A stretch of 58,177 nucleotides of DNA from Pirellulales bacterium (GTDB lineage: Bacteria > Planctomycetota > Planctomycetia > Pirellulales > UBA1268), in assembly GCA_040877375.1 (NCBI GenBank), contig JBBDNW010000231.1, forward strand, positions 1 to 58,177. Direction: 5' to 3'. Below are positions 7,076 through 17,250 of this stretch, one piece after another. How positions within the stretch are numbered: position 1 is the first letter of the stretch; each line of letters opens with the position of its first letter. The notes under the pieces were generated by a model that saw only the letters and a program-made list of their open reading frames with translations, did not search any database and was not told the origin of the DNA. The position numbers and the translations under genes were made by a program.

Positions 7076-7978
7076 TCACCCCGCCGCCCGGCGTTTCGAA
7101 TCGCCGATCGCCTTGGCCTCGACCAGCGACTCCTGCGAAATGGCGTCGATCACCTGTTGGCAGGCCTCGTCGAGCCGCATCGCAAGCCGATCAATCCGCC
7201 CGGTGAAGAACGAATGCAGGATCATCGCGGGGATCGCCACGAGCAGCCCCATCGCCGTCGTGATCAGCGCTTCGCCGAAGCCGCGGGCAAGGAGGTCGGG
7301 GCGGCCCATCGCGCCGGACGAGGCCACGTCGTTGAAGGCCCGAATGAGGCCGAACACCGTGCCCAGCAACCCGAGAAGCGGCCCGATGGTGGCCACGCCG
7401 TTGAAGATCCGACGGTAGCGACGGAGGTGGTTGAGCTCCCGTTCGCAGGCGTCGATCGCTGCCTGCTCGATCTCGACCGCGGGCCGGCCCGAGCGGCGGA
7501 CCGCCGCGGCAAAGACCCGGGCAGCGGGGCTGCGATTCTCCTCGCAGGCGTCGAGCGCGGCACCACGGGCCAGCGAACCCGACTGGACTTGCTCGACGAA
7601 GCGATCGACGAAGAGCCTCGGCACGACGCGGGCCGTCCGCAGGCTCACCGCCCGCTCGATGCCAAAGACTGCCAGCAGGAACGAGCAGCCGAGCAGCGGC
7701 ACCATGAGGATGCCGCCGTTGCGGATCGTGGCCAGCAGGTTGCCCGTGGGAATGACACCCTCGCTCCCACCTGCTGCGGCGGATCCGTCGTCTGACGTCG
7801 TCGCGCGGGGCGTGGCCGCGACGCGGAGTGGTTCCCGCGCCGAATCCGCCGAGCCGGCCCAGGCCCGCGGAGCCTGCGCAACCGACACCGAGGCGGCGGC
7901 AACGGCCAGGGCGATGATCGCCAGCCCACAGCACACGGCCCAAGGAGTGCGAACGCGGCGATTCCGTCGCGGCATCAT
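7076..7978 (-). CDS. exbB: MotA/TolQ/ExbB proton-channel family protein
   Basis: Track ORF 7076..8329. The upstream part of that ORF runs through repeats, so I chose the start at MMPRRNRR (ATG 7976-7978). The conserved C-terminus is GVATIGPLLGLLGTVFGLIRAF...GEALITTAMGLLVAIPAMILHSFF. Confidence 0.85.
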   Translation of the reverse strand: MMPRRNRRVRTPWAVCCGLAIIALAVAAASVSVAQAPRAWAGSADSAREPLRVAATPRATTSDDGSAAAGGSEGVIPTGNLLATIRNGGILMVPLLGCSFLLAVFGIERAVSLRTARVVPRLFVDRFVEQVQSGSLARGAALDACEENRSPAARVFAAAVRRSGRPAVEIEQAAIDACERELNHLRRYRRIFNGVATIGPLLGLLGTVFGLIRAFNDVASSGAMGRPDLLARGFGEALITTAMGLLVAIPAMILHSFFTGRIDRLAMRLDEACQQVIDAISQESLVEAKAIGDSKRRAAG

Positions 7979-8127
7979 GCCGAAGCGCCTGAAGAGGTCG
8001 AAGCGCAGCCTCGTTCCCTCGAGGCCGTGTTCGGAGTCATCGGCAGGTGCGGCACGTAGCCGCGCATGCTTTGGGCCACCCGCGACCCATCGGCACGACC
8101 GGTGCGATCGGCACAGGCGTGGTGCCC

Positions 8128-8166
8128 ACCGTTTTCCCGTCGCTCGCGCTCCGGGCTTCCCGAAAC
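8128..8166 (+). repeat. Intergenic repeat family: module D-partner variant
   Basis: 'cccgtcgctcgcgctccgggcttccc' resembles 'cccatcgctcgcgctccgggcttt' of the 37498 array. Confidence 0.6.
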
Positions 8167-8282
8167 ACGGCCGCCCGGAAGGCGGCCGGCCCGGCGCGGC
8201 GAACCTCGGCTTCGCCCCGCGGCCGCATACGGCCGCCCGGAAGGCGGCCGGCCCGGCGCGGCGAACCTCGGCTTCGCCCCGC
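8167..8282 (+). repeat. Exact 54-bp direct duplication (8167-8220 and 8229-8282; period 62 bp)
   Basis: 'acggccgcccggaaggcggccggcccggcgcggcgaacctcggcttcgccccgc' occurs twice and is identical base for base. Each copy contains the hairpin gccgcc-cggaa-ggcggc. Confidence 0.9.
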
Positions 8283-8329
8283 CCGGGCCCAAGGCGGAGG
8301 GGGCCATGGATGGCCCCGCCGCCGTACAT

Positions 8330-8908
8330 TTAGAAGTTCGCGTCGCAGCCCGTGTCGACGTCGCCCACCATGTGCAGGTGGTCGTGGTCGATGTAGAGCA
8401 CTTCTTGAGTGTCCTCGTCGACCAGCGTGTGCGGCACCGGCCAACCGATCCGCTTTACTTCCTGGAAGTAGACCGTGCACTTGTAGTGGGCGTGGTGGAG
8501 TTGGACCGGTCCGACCAGCGGCATGTGCCGCGGGGGATCGACGTAGTCGCCGATCTTGCACTTCGAGATGCGGACGTGGTTGCGCTGCACCTCGTAGAGG
8601 AACGGCCAGTTGCCCTGCACGGGACGGGCCTTCTCGAGCGCCCGCATCACCTCGTCATCGCTCGGCTCGTCGAGGGCTTCGCAGGGGCCGCCGGGCTGCA
8701 GTGGGCCGAGCACCGGCGCCCGCTCATAGCGCTCGTAGTTCCAGAACTGGTCTTCCTTCTGCTTCTGAAGGCCGACCGGCACGGGAATGGGGAAGGCGAG
8801 CGGACCGAGATTGGGGCCTTGGGCCGTGAGCCAGAAACAGCCGCTCTGCGTGGAACCCCCAATGGCCAGGATCAGGGCCATCGCCAGAAATCGCATTCGT
8901 GAGATCAT
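8330..8908 (-). CDS. Hypothetical lipoprotein
   Basis: Track ORF 8330..8944. It has a signal peptide plus lipobox-like MISRMRFLAMALILAIGGSTQSGC and a His/Asp-rich C-terminus (YIDHDHLHMVGDVD). I do not recognise a family. Confidence 0.6.
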   Translation of the reverse strand: MISRMRFLAMALILAIGGSTQSGCFWLTAQGPNLGPLAFPIPVPVGLQKQKEDQFWNYERYERAPVLGPLQPGGPCEALDEPSDDEVMRALEKARPVQGNWPFLYEVQRNHVRISKCKIGDYVDPPRHMPLVGPVQLHHAHYKCTVYFQEVKRIGWPVPHTLVDEDTQEVLYIDHDHLHMVGDVDTGCDANF

Positions 8909-9054
8909 GGGGGTTCGCTCCTGCGGCGACTCGGTCGAAGACATCAGCTCTGCAGGTTGTATCGACGTCAGGGCGGGGGAACTTGCGGATTTTTCCGGTT
9001 ACACCGACAGGGAATGCCCGGGGCTTCAGTCGGATGCCCCTTCTGAAAACGACA

Positions 9055-9084
9055 CCGCTCCCCCGGGGCGAACCGGGGGAGCGG
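9055..9084 (-). terminator. Stem-loop terminator candidate downstream of the BON-domain gene
   Basis: 'ccgctcccccgg ggcgaa ccgggggagcgg' forms a perfect 12-bp stem. On the minus strand it is followed by tgtcgttttcag. Confidence 0.55.
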
Positions 9085-9118
9085 GCGGATTGATCAGACT
9101 GTCTTGGACGGACACCGA

Positions 9119-10201
9119 CTAGCGGTGATGGCTGTGGATGTGCCGCTCGTCGAAGTCGAGAAACCACCAGCCGTCGTCCCACTCGAGCGACACACGCCGC
9201 CAGCCGAGCGGAACCTGCGGGTAGGGATAGAACGGACCGATGTAGGGCCATGCTGTGGGCGAATACTGCGTCGGATACTGCACGGCAGCGTAGTTGGGTG
9301 AGGCCGCGTAACTCGGCCACGCGTAGTTGGGCATGTTGGGCCCGTCGGCCCGCATCGGCACCGGCGGCATGCCAGCTCCCGTGCCACCCATGGCCATCGG
9401 ACCGCCTTGGCCACCCATGCCGCCGGGCATGCCACCCTGGCCGCCGGCCATACCGGGGGCGCCGGCGTACCCATCGCCGTATTGCATCGTCCCGGGCACC
9501 ATCTGACCGTCCTGGAGGGGTTGGTCATAGCCGCCCGGTCCCGGAAGCGTCATCGGCTCCTGCATGTTGGTGCGCATCACTTTGCGAGCCCGCGGATCCT
9601 GCGGCCGGCCCACGTTCATCGGGCGGCCCGTCGGGGCTCCGAGCGGCATCGGCCGCCTGCCGGAGGTGGCTTTTTGGGGCTTGCTCGCGGGAGTGGTTCC
9701 CTGCACGAGTTGCACCCTTGAGTCAGCCGATTGCGCTCCGCCGCCGGCAAAAAAAAGTCCGCTCGCCATGGCGGCGAGCGATTTCTGCTGTGCCGGTTGA
9801 GGCTGAGATTGGGCAGGCTCGGGCTGTGGCTGAACAGCAGGCTCGGGCACGCCAGCGTCTCCCCAAACCGATGACGGCATCGCGAGGCCACCCGCCGCAT
9901 CATCCGGCCTTACGTTTGGTCCGTCCTTGCCTTCGATCACGAGCCGGTTGACCACCCGCTCGACGCCGGGCGTTGTCTCAGCGATGCCGACGGCGGCCGC
10001 CAGCTGCCTCTCGTCGGAGACGCAGCCCTCGAGCCACACCGTACCCGACTTGCTCTTCACGTTGACACGGTAGCCGGTCAGGGCGCCGGAGTCGCGGAGC
10101 TCACTGGCGACGTCGGCCGCCAGATCCTCGGCGCGCCCCATCGTCGTCAGACACGCCGACACGACGACGGCGAGCAGAAACGTGGTCTTGGAAATGGACA
10201 T
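9119..10201 (-). CDS. BON domain-containing secreted protein with a Gly/Met/Pro-rich low-complexity region
   Basis: It has a signal peptide MSISKTTFLLAVVVSACLTTMGRA. The BON-like part is VNVKSKSGTVWLEGCVSDERQLAAAVGIAETTPGVERVVNRLVI. The low-complexity part is GMAGGQGGMPGGMGGQGGPMAMGG. The C-terminus is aromatic (WRRVSLEWDDGWWFLDFDE). Confidence 0.75.
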   Translation of the reverse strand: MSISKTTFLLAVVVSACLTTMGRAEDLAADVASELRDSGALTGYRVNVKSKSGTVWLEGCVSDERQLAAAVGIAETTPGVERVVNRLVIEGKDGPNVRPDDAAGGLAMPSSVWGDAGVPEPAVQPQPEPAQSQPQPAQQKSLAAMASGLFFAGGGAQSADSRVQLVQGTTPASKPQKATSGRRPMPLGAPTGRPMNVGRPQDPRARKVMRTNMQEPMTLPGPGGYDQPLQDGQMVPGTMQYGDGYAGAPGMAGGQGGMPGGMGGQGGPMAMGGTGAGMPPVPMRADGPNMPNYAWPSYAASPNYAAVQYPTQYSPTAWPYIGPFYPYPQVPLGWRRVSLEWDDGWWFLDFDERHIHSHHR

Positions 10202-10339
10202 GGATCACTCCCTTGGCTTCGAGCACTTCCAACCGTGTGTTCTTCGGCTGTCGGTCGCAATGAAGGGGAGTTTTTTTCCGATTCCAACGGAAACCGGGCG
10301 CACGCCGATATCTCGGGCCAGCGAGGCAAAATGGCGAAC

Positions 10340-10624
10340 CTAGGCATGCGGTGAAAAGTCGGCGACGGCGATCATCGTGACCAGGGCCAGCGTCGCCGCG
10401 CAGACCGCTGCCGAATCAGGCCCAAACTGGATCGTCACGCCGCACAAGGTTCCCACCACGGCGAGTGCCGTCAGGCAGAGCCACTGGCCGCCGCGTTCAA
10501 ATCGCGTCCCCTCGGCAAGCCGTGAAAATCCGGCGGCCACCACGCAGAGCACCTGCACGGCACCAAGCGTGCAGAGCATCGGGCTGAGCGAGACAGCCAA
10601 CAAGGCGGGGCAGGGGAGCATCAT
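10340..10624 (-). CDS. Small hypothetical membrane protein (3 predicted hydrophobic segments)
   Basis: MMLPCPALLAVSLSPMLCTLGAVQVLCVVAAGF...LCLTALAVVGTLCGVTI...AATLALVTMIAVA has membrane-like composition. I do not recognise a family. Confidence 0.4.
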   Translation of the reverse strand: MMLPCPALLAVSLSPMLCTLGAVQVLCVVAAGFSRLAEGTRFERGGQWLCLTALAVVGTLCGVTIQFGPDSAAVCAATLALVTMIAVADFSPHA

Positions 10625-10706
10625 GGAAACCCTCAGGAGCGTGGATCACGCGGCCGGACGATAGCAACGCACGCGTGGCGGTGCAAAGCCAGCGGCGCAG
10701 CGCTTC

Positions 10707-10855
10707 AAAACGCCTCGAGCGCATCTGCCTTTGGTGGAGCGGCGAGATGGTGCTTTAGAGGAGGGAGGCAAGAGGGTCGGCGAACGCTCAAGGAGCGGCT
10801 GGGTGCGACCCGCATTCCCCGCGCTTGCGCTCCGGGGCTTCCTGACGGGAGGCAC
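10707..10855 (+). repeat. Intergenic repeat family: modules A + B + D
   Basis: 'cgcctcgagcgcatctgcctttggtggagcggcgagatggtgc...gggtcggcgaacgctcaaggagcgg...cccgcattccccgcgcttgcgctccggggcttcctgacgggagg'. Confidence 0.85.
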
Positions 10856-11016
10856 TCTCTCCCGATCGTGAGGAGCCGGGGGTGGCACGCGCAGACGCCG
10901 GGGAATCTTTGCGACTCACGAGCAACGCCCCGTCGGCCAAACGGGCATCCTGTAGCAAAATCCCCCGGCGGCGAGCATGCCACCGCCGGTGAACCAATCC
11001 GGCACCGCATCGATGC

Positions 11017-11113
11017 TACCCGCATTCCCCGCGCTTGCGCTTGGGGCTTCCTGACGGGAAGCACGCCAGAGCATGTCACCGCTGGCGATCCACATAAGTC
11101 GGATGCGCTCTCA
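11017..11113 (+). repeat. Intergenic repeat family: module D + C-tail
   Basis: 'tacccgcattccccgcgcttgcgcttggggcttcctgacgggaagc...ggcgatccacataagtcggatgcgctctc'. Confidence 0.85.
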
Positions 11114-11140
11114 TCGCCCCGGGCCGTTCAGCCAGACGAT

Positions 11141-13060
11141 TCACGGCCCCTTGGTGTTGCCGGTGAGTTCGTCAAGCTTGCGTTCGAGGTCGGTGATCGA
11201 GACGTTTCGGTCGACGACGTTGCCATCTGCTCCGATGAGCACCATGGTGGGGAGCGCCAACACGCCAAACTCCTCGGCAAGACGGCTGTCGAGGCCGCCC
11301 GGCTCGTGAATCTGCGGCCACGGCAGCGGCTTCGACTGCAGAAACTTCGCGAGCTTTGCCTTGTCGCTGTCGAGCGCTACGCCGATCACTGCCACCTTCT
11401 TGACACCATACTTTGCCTGCAGTTCGCGAATCTGTGCGAGATCGACCTTGCAGGGCTCGCAATCTGTTGACCAGTAGTGCACGAGCACGGGCACGCCATT
11501 GAACGCGGCCACCGATGCCTGTTTACCGTCGACGGTCGAACCCGCCAACGCCAATGGCTTGCCAACGCTCTCCAACCGACGGACGGCACCGGCCGCCTTC
11601 CGTGATTGGGGCGTGTCGGGGAAGCTCTCGGCGATCCCCCGATAGCGTTCGATGGCGTCCTTGTCTCGTCCCTCAAACTCGTCTCGGAAGGCCAGTTGCA
11701 GGAGCGCCTCTGCCGACTCCGGCGCCTTCGGATACGTGTCGGCAAACGTCTGCAGATCATCGAACCAGCTCTTCTGAAGGGCTTCACCGTCGGCGCCAGG
11801 CTTTTCCATGCCGGCCGAATACTTCGCCTGGATCAGCCGAAACGCGACAAAGGCCGACATGGCGTCGTCGCCCTTCACCGCCGCGGCGACAGCCTCCAGC
11901 TTCATGATGCCGTCGGGAAACAAGCCCTCCTGCACGTAGGCCGCGAGCGTCTCCACGAGCTGGTTCGTCCAGAATCGCTTGTCGGTGTCGGCGGCCGCAG
12001 CGACCGTCTGCTCAAGCAGGCCGATGTATTGCTCCGCCAAGCCCTTCCGCGCGACCAGATCGGCCGATGGCATCTTGCCTTCGATCTCGCGGAGCTTCGC
12101 CAGCAGCGGCTTGAGATTCTCGGCGACATCGCCCGTCCCCGGACCGGCGTCGCCGCCCGTCGAGCGCGGCGAGAGAAAACTGTAGGCATCGCCCATGTCG
12201 CCCGACCCGCCAGCGAGTTGCGGGGCATCGACTGGACGCCACGCATCGCCACACTTCACCAGCGATCCGACAAACACCTGCCCGTTGCCCTGCTTGCTCT
12301 CGACCAGGGCGACGACGTTGTCGTAGGCGGCCACGTCCTTCGTGAGCCCGTTCATGCCGGCAGGCAGGGTGCCCGGCGGCTGAGGCGTGAGCATGCTGGC
12401 CCAGCTGGCGTCGGCACCGATCTCCTTCTGCTTTCCAGCCATCGCGGCGAAAGCCGCAGGGGCTGCCGCCACGCGGGTGATGAGCTCCGTGAGTTGCTCG
12501 CCACTGAAGCCGGCAGCCTGCAGGTCAACCTTGGTGGGCAGCAGCCTCGAAAACCCACCGGCGTCGCGGTCGCGGATCGCGGCGACGATCTCGGCGGTCG
12601 CCTCCTCCGCGGAGATCACCTTCCATGTGTCGATCACGCCGTCACCGTTTTGATCGGCGCCCCAGCGACTGCCGGCTCCGGCCAGCCAACGATACTCGTC
12701 AGGCTTCGTGTCTTTATCGGAGTCGATCTCGCGGTAGATCTCCACGCCGTCCTTGTAATAGCTCCAGCGGTCGACGACGCGGTTGCCATCGGTGTCGGCG
12801 AAAGCCCGCAGCACCTCGCCCGAGGGCCCGCGCACCACCAGGGCGCTCATGCCCCCTTCCTTTTCCTGTTTGATCGTGGCCTGCCCGGCCTCGGCCGCGG
12901 CGGGAGATGAGTAATCGACGTTCTTCTGCCGCGGCGTGAGGGCGAGGGCCCCCTCCGCGGTGGGCGGAGCCGCGCTGGCAACCCGGATGGCGACAGACGC
13001 CGCCGCGAGGCCCAGGACAAACCCGCGGATCACGTTGGAACGAGAACGCTGCAGGGACAT
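11141..13060 (-). CDS. Secreted TlpA/redoxin-family thiol:disulfide oxidoreductase domain fused to a long N-terminal region with DxDxDG-like and TPR-like segments
   Basis: Track ORF 11141..13153. I chose the start at MSLQRSRSNVIRGF (ATG 13058-13060 verified). The C-terminal thioredoxin fold has the CxxC motif VLVHYWSTDCEPCKVDL. The N-terminal part has DTDGNRVVDRW, DSDKDTKPDEYRW and DQNGDGVIDTW. Confidence 0.75.
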   Translation of the reverse strand: MSLQRSRSNVIRGFVLGLAAASVAIRVASAAPPTAEGALALTPRQKNVDYSSPAAAEAGQATIKQEKEGGMSALVVRGPSGEVLRAFADTDGNRVVDRWSYYKDGVEIYREIDSDKDTKPDEYRWLAGAGSRWGADQNGDGVIDTWKVISAEEATAEIVAAIRDRDAGGFSRLLPTKVDLQAAGFSGEQLTELITRVAAAPAAFAAMAGKQKEIGADASWASMLTPQPPGTLPAGMNGLTKDVAAYDNVVALVESKQGNGQVFVGSLVKCGDAWRPVDAPQLAGGSGDMGDAYSFLSPRSTGGDAGPGTGDVAENLKPLLAKLREIEGKMPSADLVARKGLAEQYIGLLEQTVAAAADTDKRFWTNQLVETLAAYVQEGLFPDGIMKLEAVAAAVKGDDAMSAFVAFRLIQAKYSAGMEKPGADGEALQKSWFDDLQTFADTYPKAPESAEALLQLAFRDEFEGRDKDAIERYRGIAESFPDTPQSRKAAGAVRRLESVGKPLALAGSTVDGKQASVAAFNGVPVLVHYWSTDCEPCKVDLAQIRELQAKYGVKKVAVIGVALDSDKAKLAKFLQSKPLPWPQIHEPGGLDSRLAEEFGVLALPTMVLIGADGNVVDRNVSITDLERKLDELTGNTKGP

Positions 13061-13173
13061 AGTGTGATTCCTCACTGGCGAATAAGAAGACCAGCAACCT
13101 ATCCGGAACCACCGTCGGCGCCAGCGCCATTTTTCCCCCAGAGCCGCCAACACCCGGCGACTGCGCGTCCCCT

Positions 13174-13202
13174 TTGAACTTCGCCCGGCCGACTTTTACA
13201 CT
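13174..13202 (+). promoter_or_regulatory. Sigma-70-like promoter candidate for the tRNA-Ile/tRNA-Ala pair
   Basis: TTGAAC (13174-13179), a 17-nt spacer, then TACACT (13197-13202), about 48 nt upstream of tRNA-Ile. Confidence 0.45.
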
Positions 13203-13249
13203 TTCGGGGGTCAACGATGGTCGGTGCTGCCGATCCTCGACTGACGACC

Positions 13250-13323
13250 GCGCGCGTAGCTCAGTTGGTTAGAGCGCTACCCTGATAAGGTAGAGGTCCC
13301 AAGTTCGACTCTTGGCGCGCGCA
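13250..13323 (+). tRNA. tRNA-Ile (anticodon GAU)
   Basis: gcgcgcgtagctcagttggttagagcgctaccctGATaaggtagaggtcccaagttcgactcttggcgcgcgca folds as a cloverleaf. Confidence 0.9.
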
Positions 13324-13369
13324 TTCGTGGCTCACTGCCGGCCGTGGTGGCACGCGGCGTTGCACGCAT

Positions 13370-13443
<74 letters not shown>

Positions 13444-13627
13444 TTTTTTTCTCTCGCCGGCGACCGCGGCGTTTGCCGCGGCGGCCGTGACCTCGAAGGC
13501 GTCTGACCGCCGGCCGCACTCATCGATCGGCTCTATGCTACGATGCGTGCGTCCTGAATCATCGGGTTTCAGCATAGTTCGCCTTCTCCCCCTCATGCCG
13601 ACGGCTTCCCGCCGCGGCCTCCAGACC

Positions 13628-15523
<1,896 letters not shown>

Positions 15524-15620
15524 ACCTGATCCCGGGCTCTTGGTGCAGCGCGGTATACAACCGACGGAGGCCACGAAGCTCCCCTGCCGCTCCGCCCGCC
15601 GCCGCCGAGAGAATCCCGCC

Positions 15621-16313
15621 ATGCATGCCCGCAACCGCACCGTGGTCCGTTGCCTTCTCACGTCGTGCTGCCTGCTTGTCGCTCTGATCCTGGCGACGGC
15701 CGCGGCAGCCGTCAGCGAGGCGGAGACCATCTACGACACCACGTCGTCGACAACGCTGCTGGACATCGACGTGTCACCAGCGGTGAAGCAGGCAACCCGT
15801 TTCCAGACGACCGCGAGCGAGTTCATCGTCACAGGGATGTCGTTCCAGTTGAAGCTCGACGATTCCGGCGAACCTCCAGACCCGGCGACCGGGATCCTCA
15901 ACTGGCTGATCTACACCGACAACGGGGAACTCCCCGTTCTGCCCATTCCCGGGGGCCCGATCTTCGATCTCGACGTGTCGACGCTGTCAGCCGCGTACTC
16001 GACGGTCTCGACCGGCCCGCTGAACGTTTCCCTGTCGCCCTTGACGACCTACTGGCTGGTGCTCAACGGGCAGTCCCTGACGTCAGGAATCTTGCAAGTC
16101 CAGGAAGCCCTCAATCCAACGGGCACGGGCAGTCCCTTCGGCGCGGCGTCGTCCACAACGGGGACATCATGGAGTGGCCACAGCAGTCAAGCAGCCGTGG
16201 GAACCATCACGGCGGTTCCCGAGCCGGGCCCGGCCGCCCTCGCGGCGATCGGCGCAGGACTCGTGTCGCTGATGTGGTGGCGACGCCTCCGCACGGCGCC
16301 GGCCGCTGCCTGA
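15621..16313 (+). CDS. PEP-CTERM sorting-domain secreted protein
   Basis: Track ORF 15402..16313, with the start at MHARNRTV (ATG 15621). The C-terminus VPEPGPAALAAIGAGLVSLMWWRRLR is a PEP motif followed by a TM helix and an Arg cluster. Confidence 0.75.
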   Translation: MHARNRTVVRCLLTSCCLLVALILATAAAAVSEAETIYDTTSSTTLLDIDVSPAVKQATRFQTTASEFIVTGMSFQLKLDDSGEPPDPATGILNWLIYTDNGELPVLPIPGGPIFDLDVSTLSAAYSTVSTGPLNVSLSPLTTYWLVLNGQSLTSGILQVQEALNPTGTGSPFGAASSTTGTSWSGHSSQAAVGTITAVPEPGPAALAAIGAGLVSLMWWRRLRTAPAAA

Positions 16314-16407
16314 AGCCGCATCGCAGGGGCTGCCCCTCGCTTCACGATGGGCGTCGCACGTCCCCGGTGCTGACGCGATTGGGCTTCCTGATGTCGCAGT
16401 GCATTTC

Positions 16408-16441
16408 GGCTGCGGGGCACCCTCGCGCGTGACCCGCAGCC
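16408..16441. terminator. Hairpin between convergent genes (bidirectional terminator candidate)
   Basis: 'ggctgcggg' ... 'cccgcagcc' forms a 9-bp stem with a 16-nt loop. There is no clear U-tract. Confidence 0.3.
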
Positions 16442-16474
16442 GCCCAAGCCCGCGAGGGCCGAGCGGAAGCGGAA

Positions 16475-17236
16475 TCAGAACTCGTAAGCCACGCCGGGCT
16501 GCACGAGTTCGACGTTCGGCAGCCGCAGGGCCGCGAGTTCGCGGGCGATCTCCGCCGCGAACCGGGCCTTGCGGTGCACCACGATCCAGCGAACGCCACG
16601 GGCGAGTTTGGCCACCTCCGCCGCGAACGTCGCCGGGCAGTGATGCCCGGTAGTCGCCGCGAGGTCGGCATGCCGGTTCGGGAAGCTGACCTCGAGGAAT
16701 ACCGCGTCGAGCCGCGATGCCGCCCCGAGGTGAGTCCAGAGCACGTCCGTCGGCCCGGTGTCGGAGGGAAAGGCCACCGCGGCCCGGCCGTCGTCCACCA
16801 GAAACCCGAGCGTGTCCACGCCGTGCGACACGGATATGGGGGTGACCGTTAGCCCGGCCCGCACGACCGGCTCCTGGATCCGGAGAGGCGTGCCATAGAC
16901 GAACCGGTTCTCCCCGGTGGAGAGTTCGAAGAAATCGGGCCAGACCCGCCCGTTGAAGACATCGCGGTGGATGAATTCGAGCACGTCCTCGACCGCCAGC
17001 AGCTCCACGCAGTCCGGCCCCGGCTCGTAGACATTTTCCAGAAAGATCGGCAGCGTGGCGATGTGGTCGATGTGCTCGTGGGTGATGAACACGTGCCGCA
17101 CCCGCTCCTGCTTGCGAAGATCGGCCAGCAGGCCGAGTGATCCTGCGTCGATCGCCACCTCGTCGTTGATGAGAAACGACACCAGAAACTGCGCCTCGGT
17201 GGGCGGAATGCTCGACGGCAGCAGCTCGACCTTCAT
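16475..17236 (-). CDS. MBL-fold hydrolase resembling class II 3',5'-cyclic-nucleotide phosphodiesterases
   Basis: Motifs: FLINDEVAIDAGSLG, HVFITHEHIDHIATLP, VFLEVSFPN. The layout resembles my memory of the CpdP/PDE1 class II family. It starts 14 nt after the stop of the upstream channel gene. Confidence 0.65.
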   Translation of the reverse strand: MKVELLPSSIPPTEAQFLVSFLINDEVAIDAGSLGLLADLRKQERVRHVFITHEHIDHIATLPIFLENVYEPGPDCVELLAVEDVLEFIHRDVFNGRVWPDFFELSTGENRFVYGTPLRIQEPVVRAGLTVTPISVSHGVDTLGFLVDDGRAAVAFPSDTGPTDVLWTHLGAASRLDAVFLEVSFPNRHADLAATTGHHCPATFAAEVAKLARGVRWIVVHRKARFAAEIARELAALRLPNVELVQPGVAYEF

Positions 17237-17250
17237 GGCGTTCCCGCCTC

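Noticed and set aside
10856-11016. Possible small gene or ncRNA in the 160-bp unique stretch between two module-D copies, and ORF 10868..11470(+).
   Set aside because: The ORF's translation is low-complexity or shadow-like and runs antisense into the redoxin gene. I see no conserved RNA motif. Nothing beyond its position supports a feature.
13345-13366. Sigma-54 promoter-like sequence TGGCACGCGGCGTTGCA between tRNA-Ile and tRNA-Ala. An NtrC-type activator is encoded in the window.
   Set aside because: The spacing between the GG and GC elements is one nucleotide longer than the strict -24/-12 consensus (TGGCACG-N4-TTGC). The location, inside a tRNA spacer, makes little sense. Other TGGCAC occurrences (2455, 10880, 20231, 27618, 39362) lack a TTGC at the right distance.
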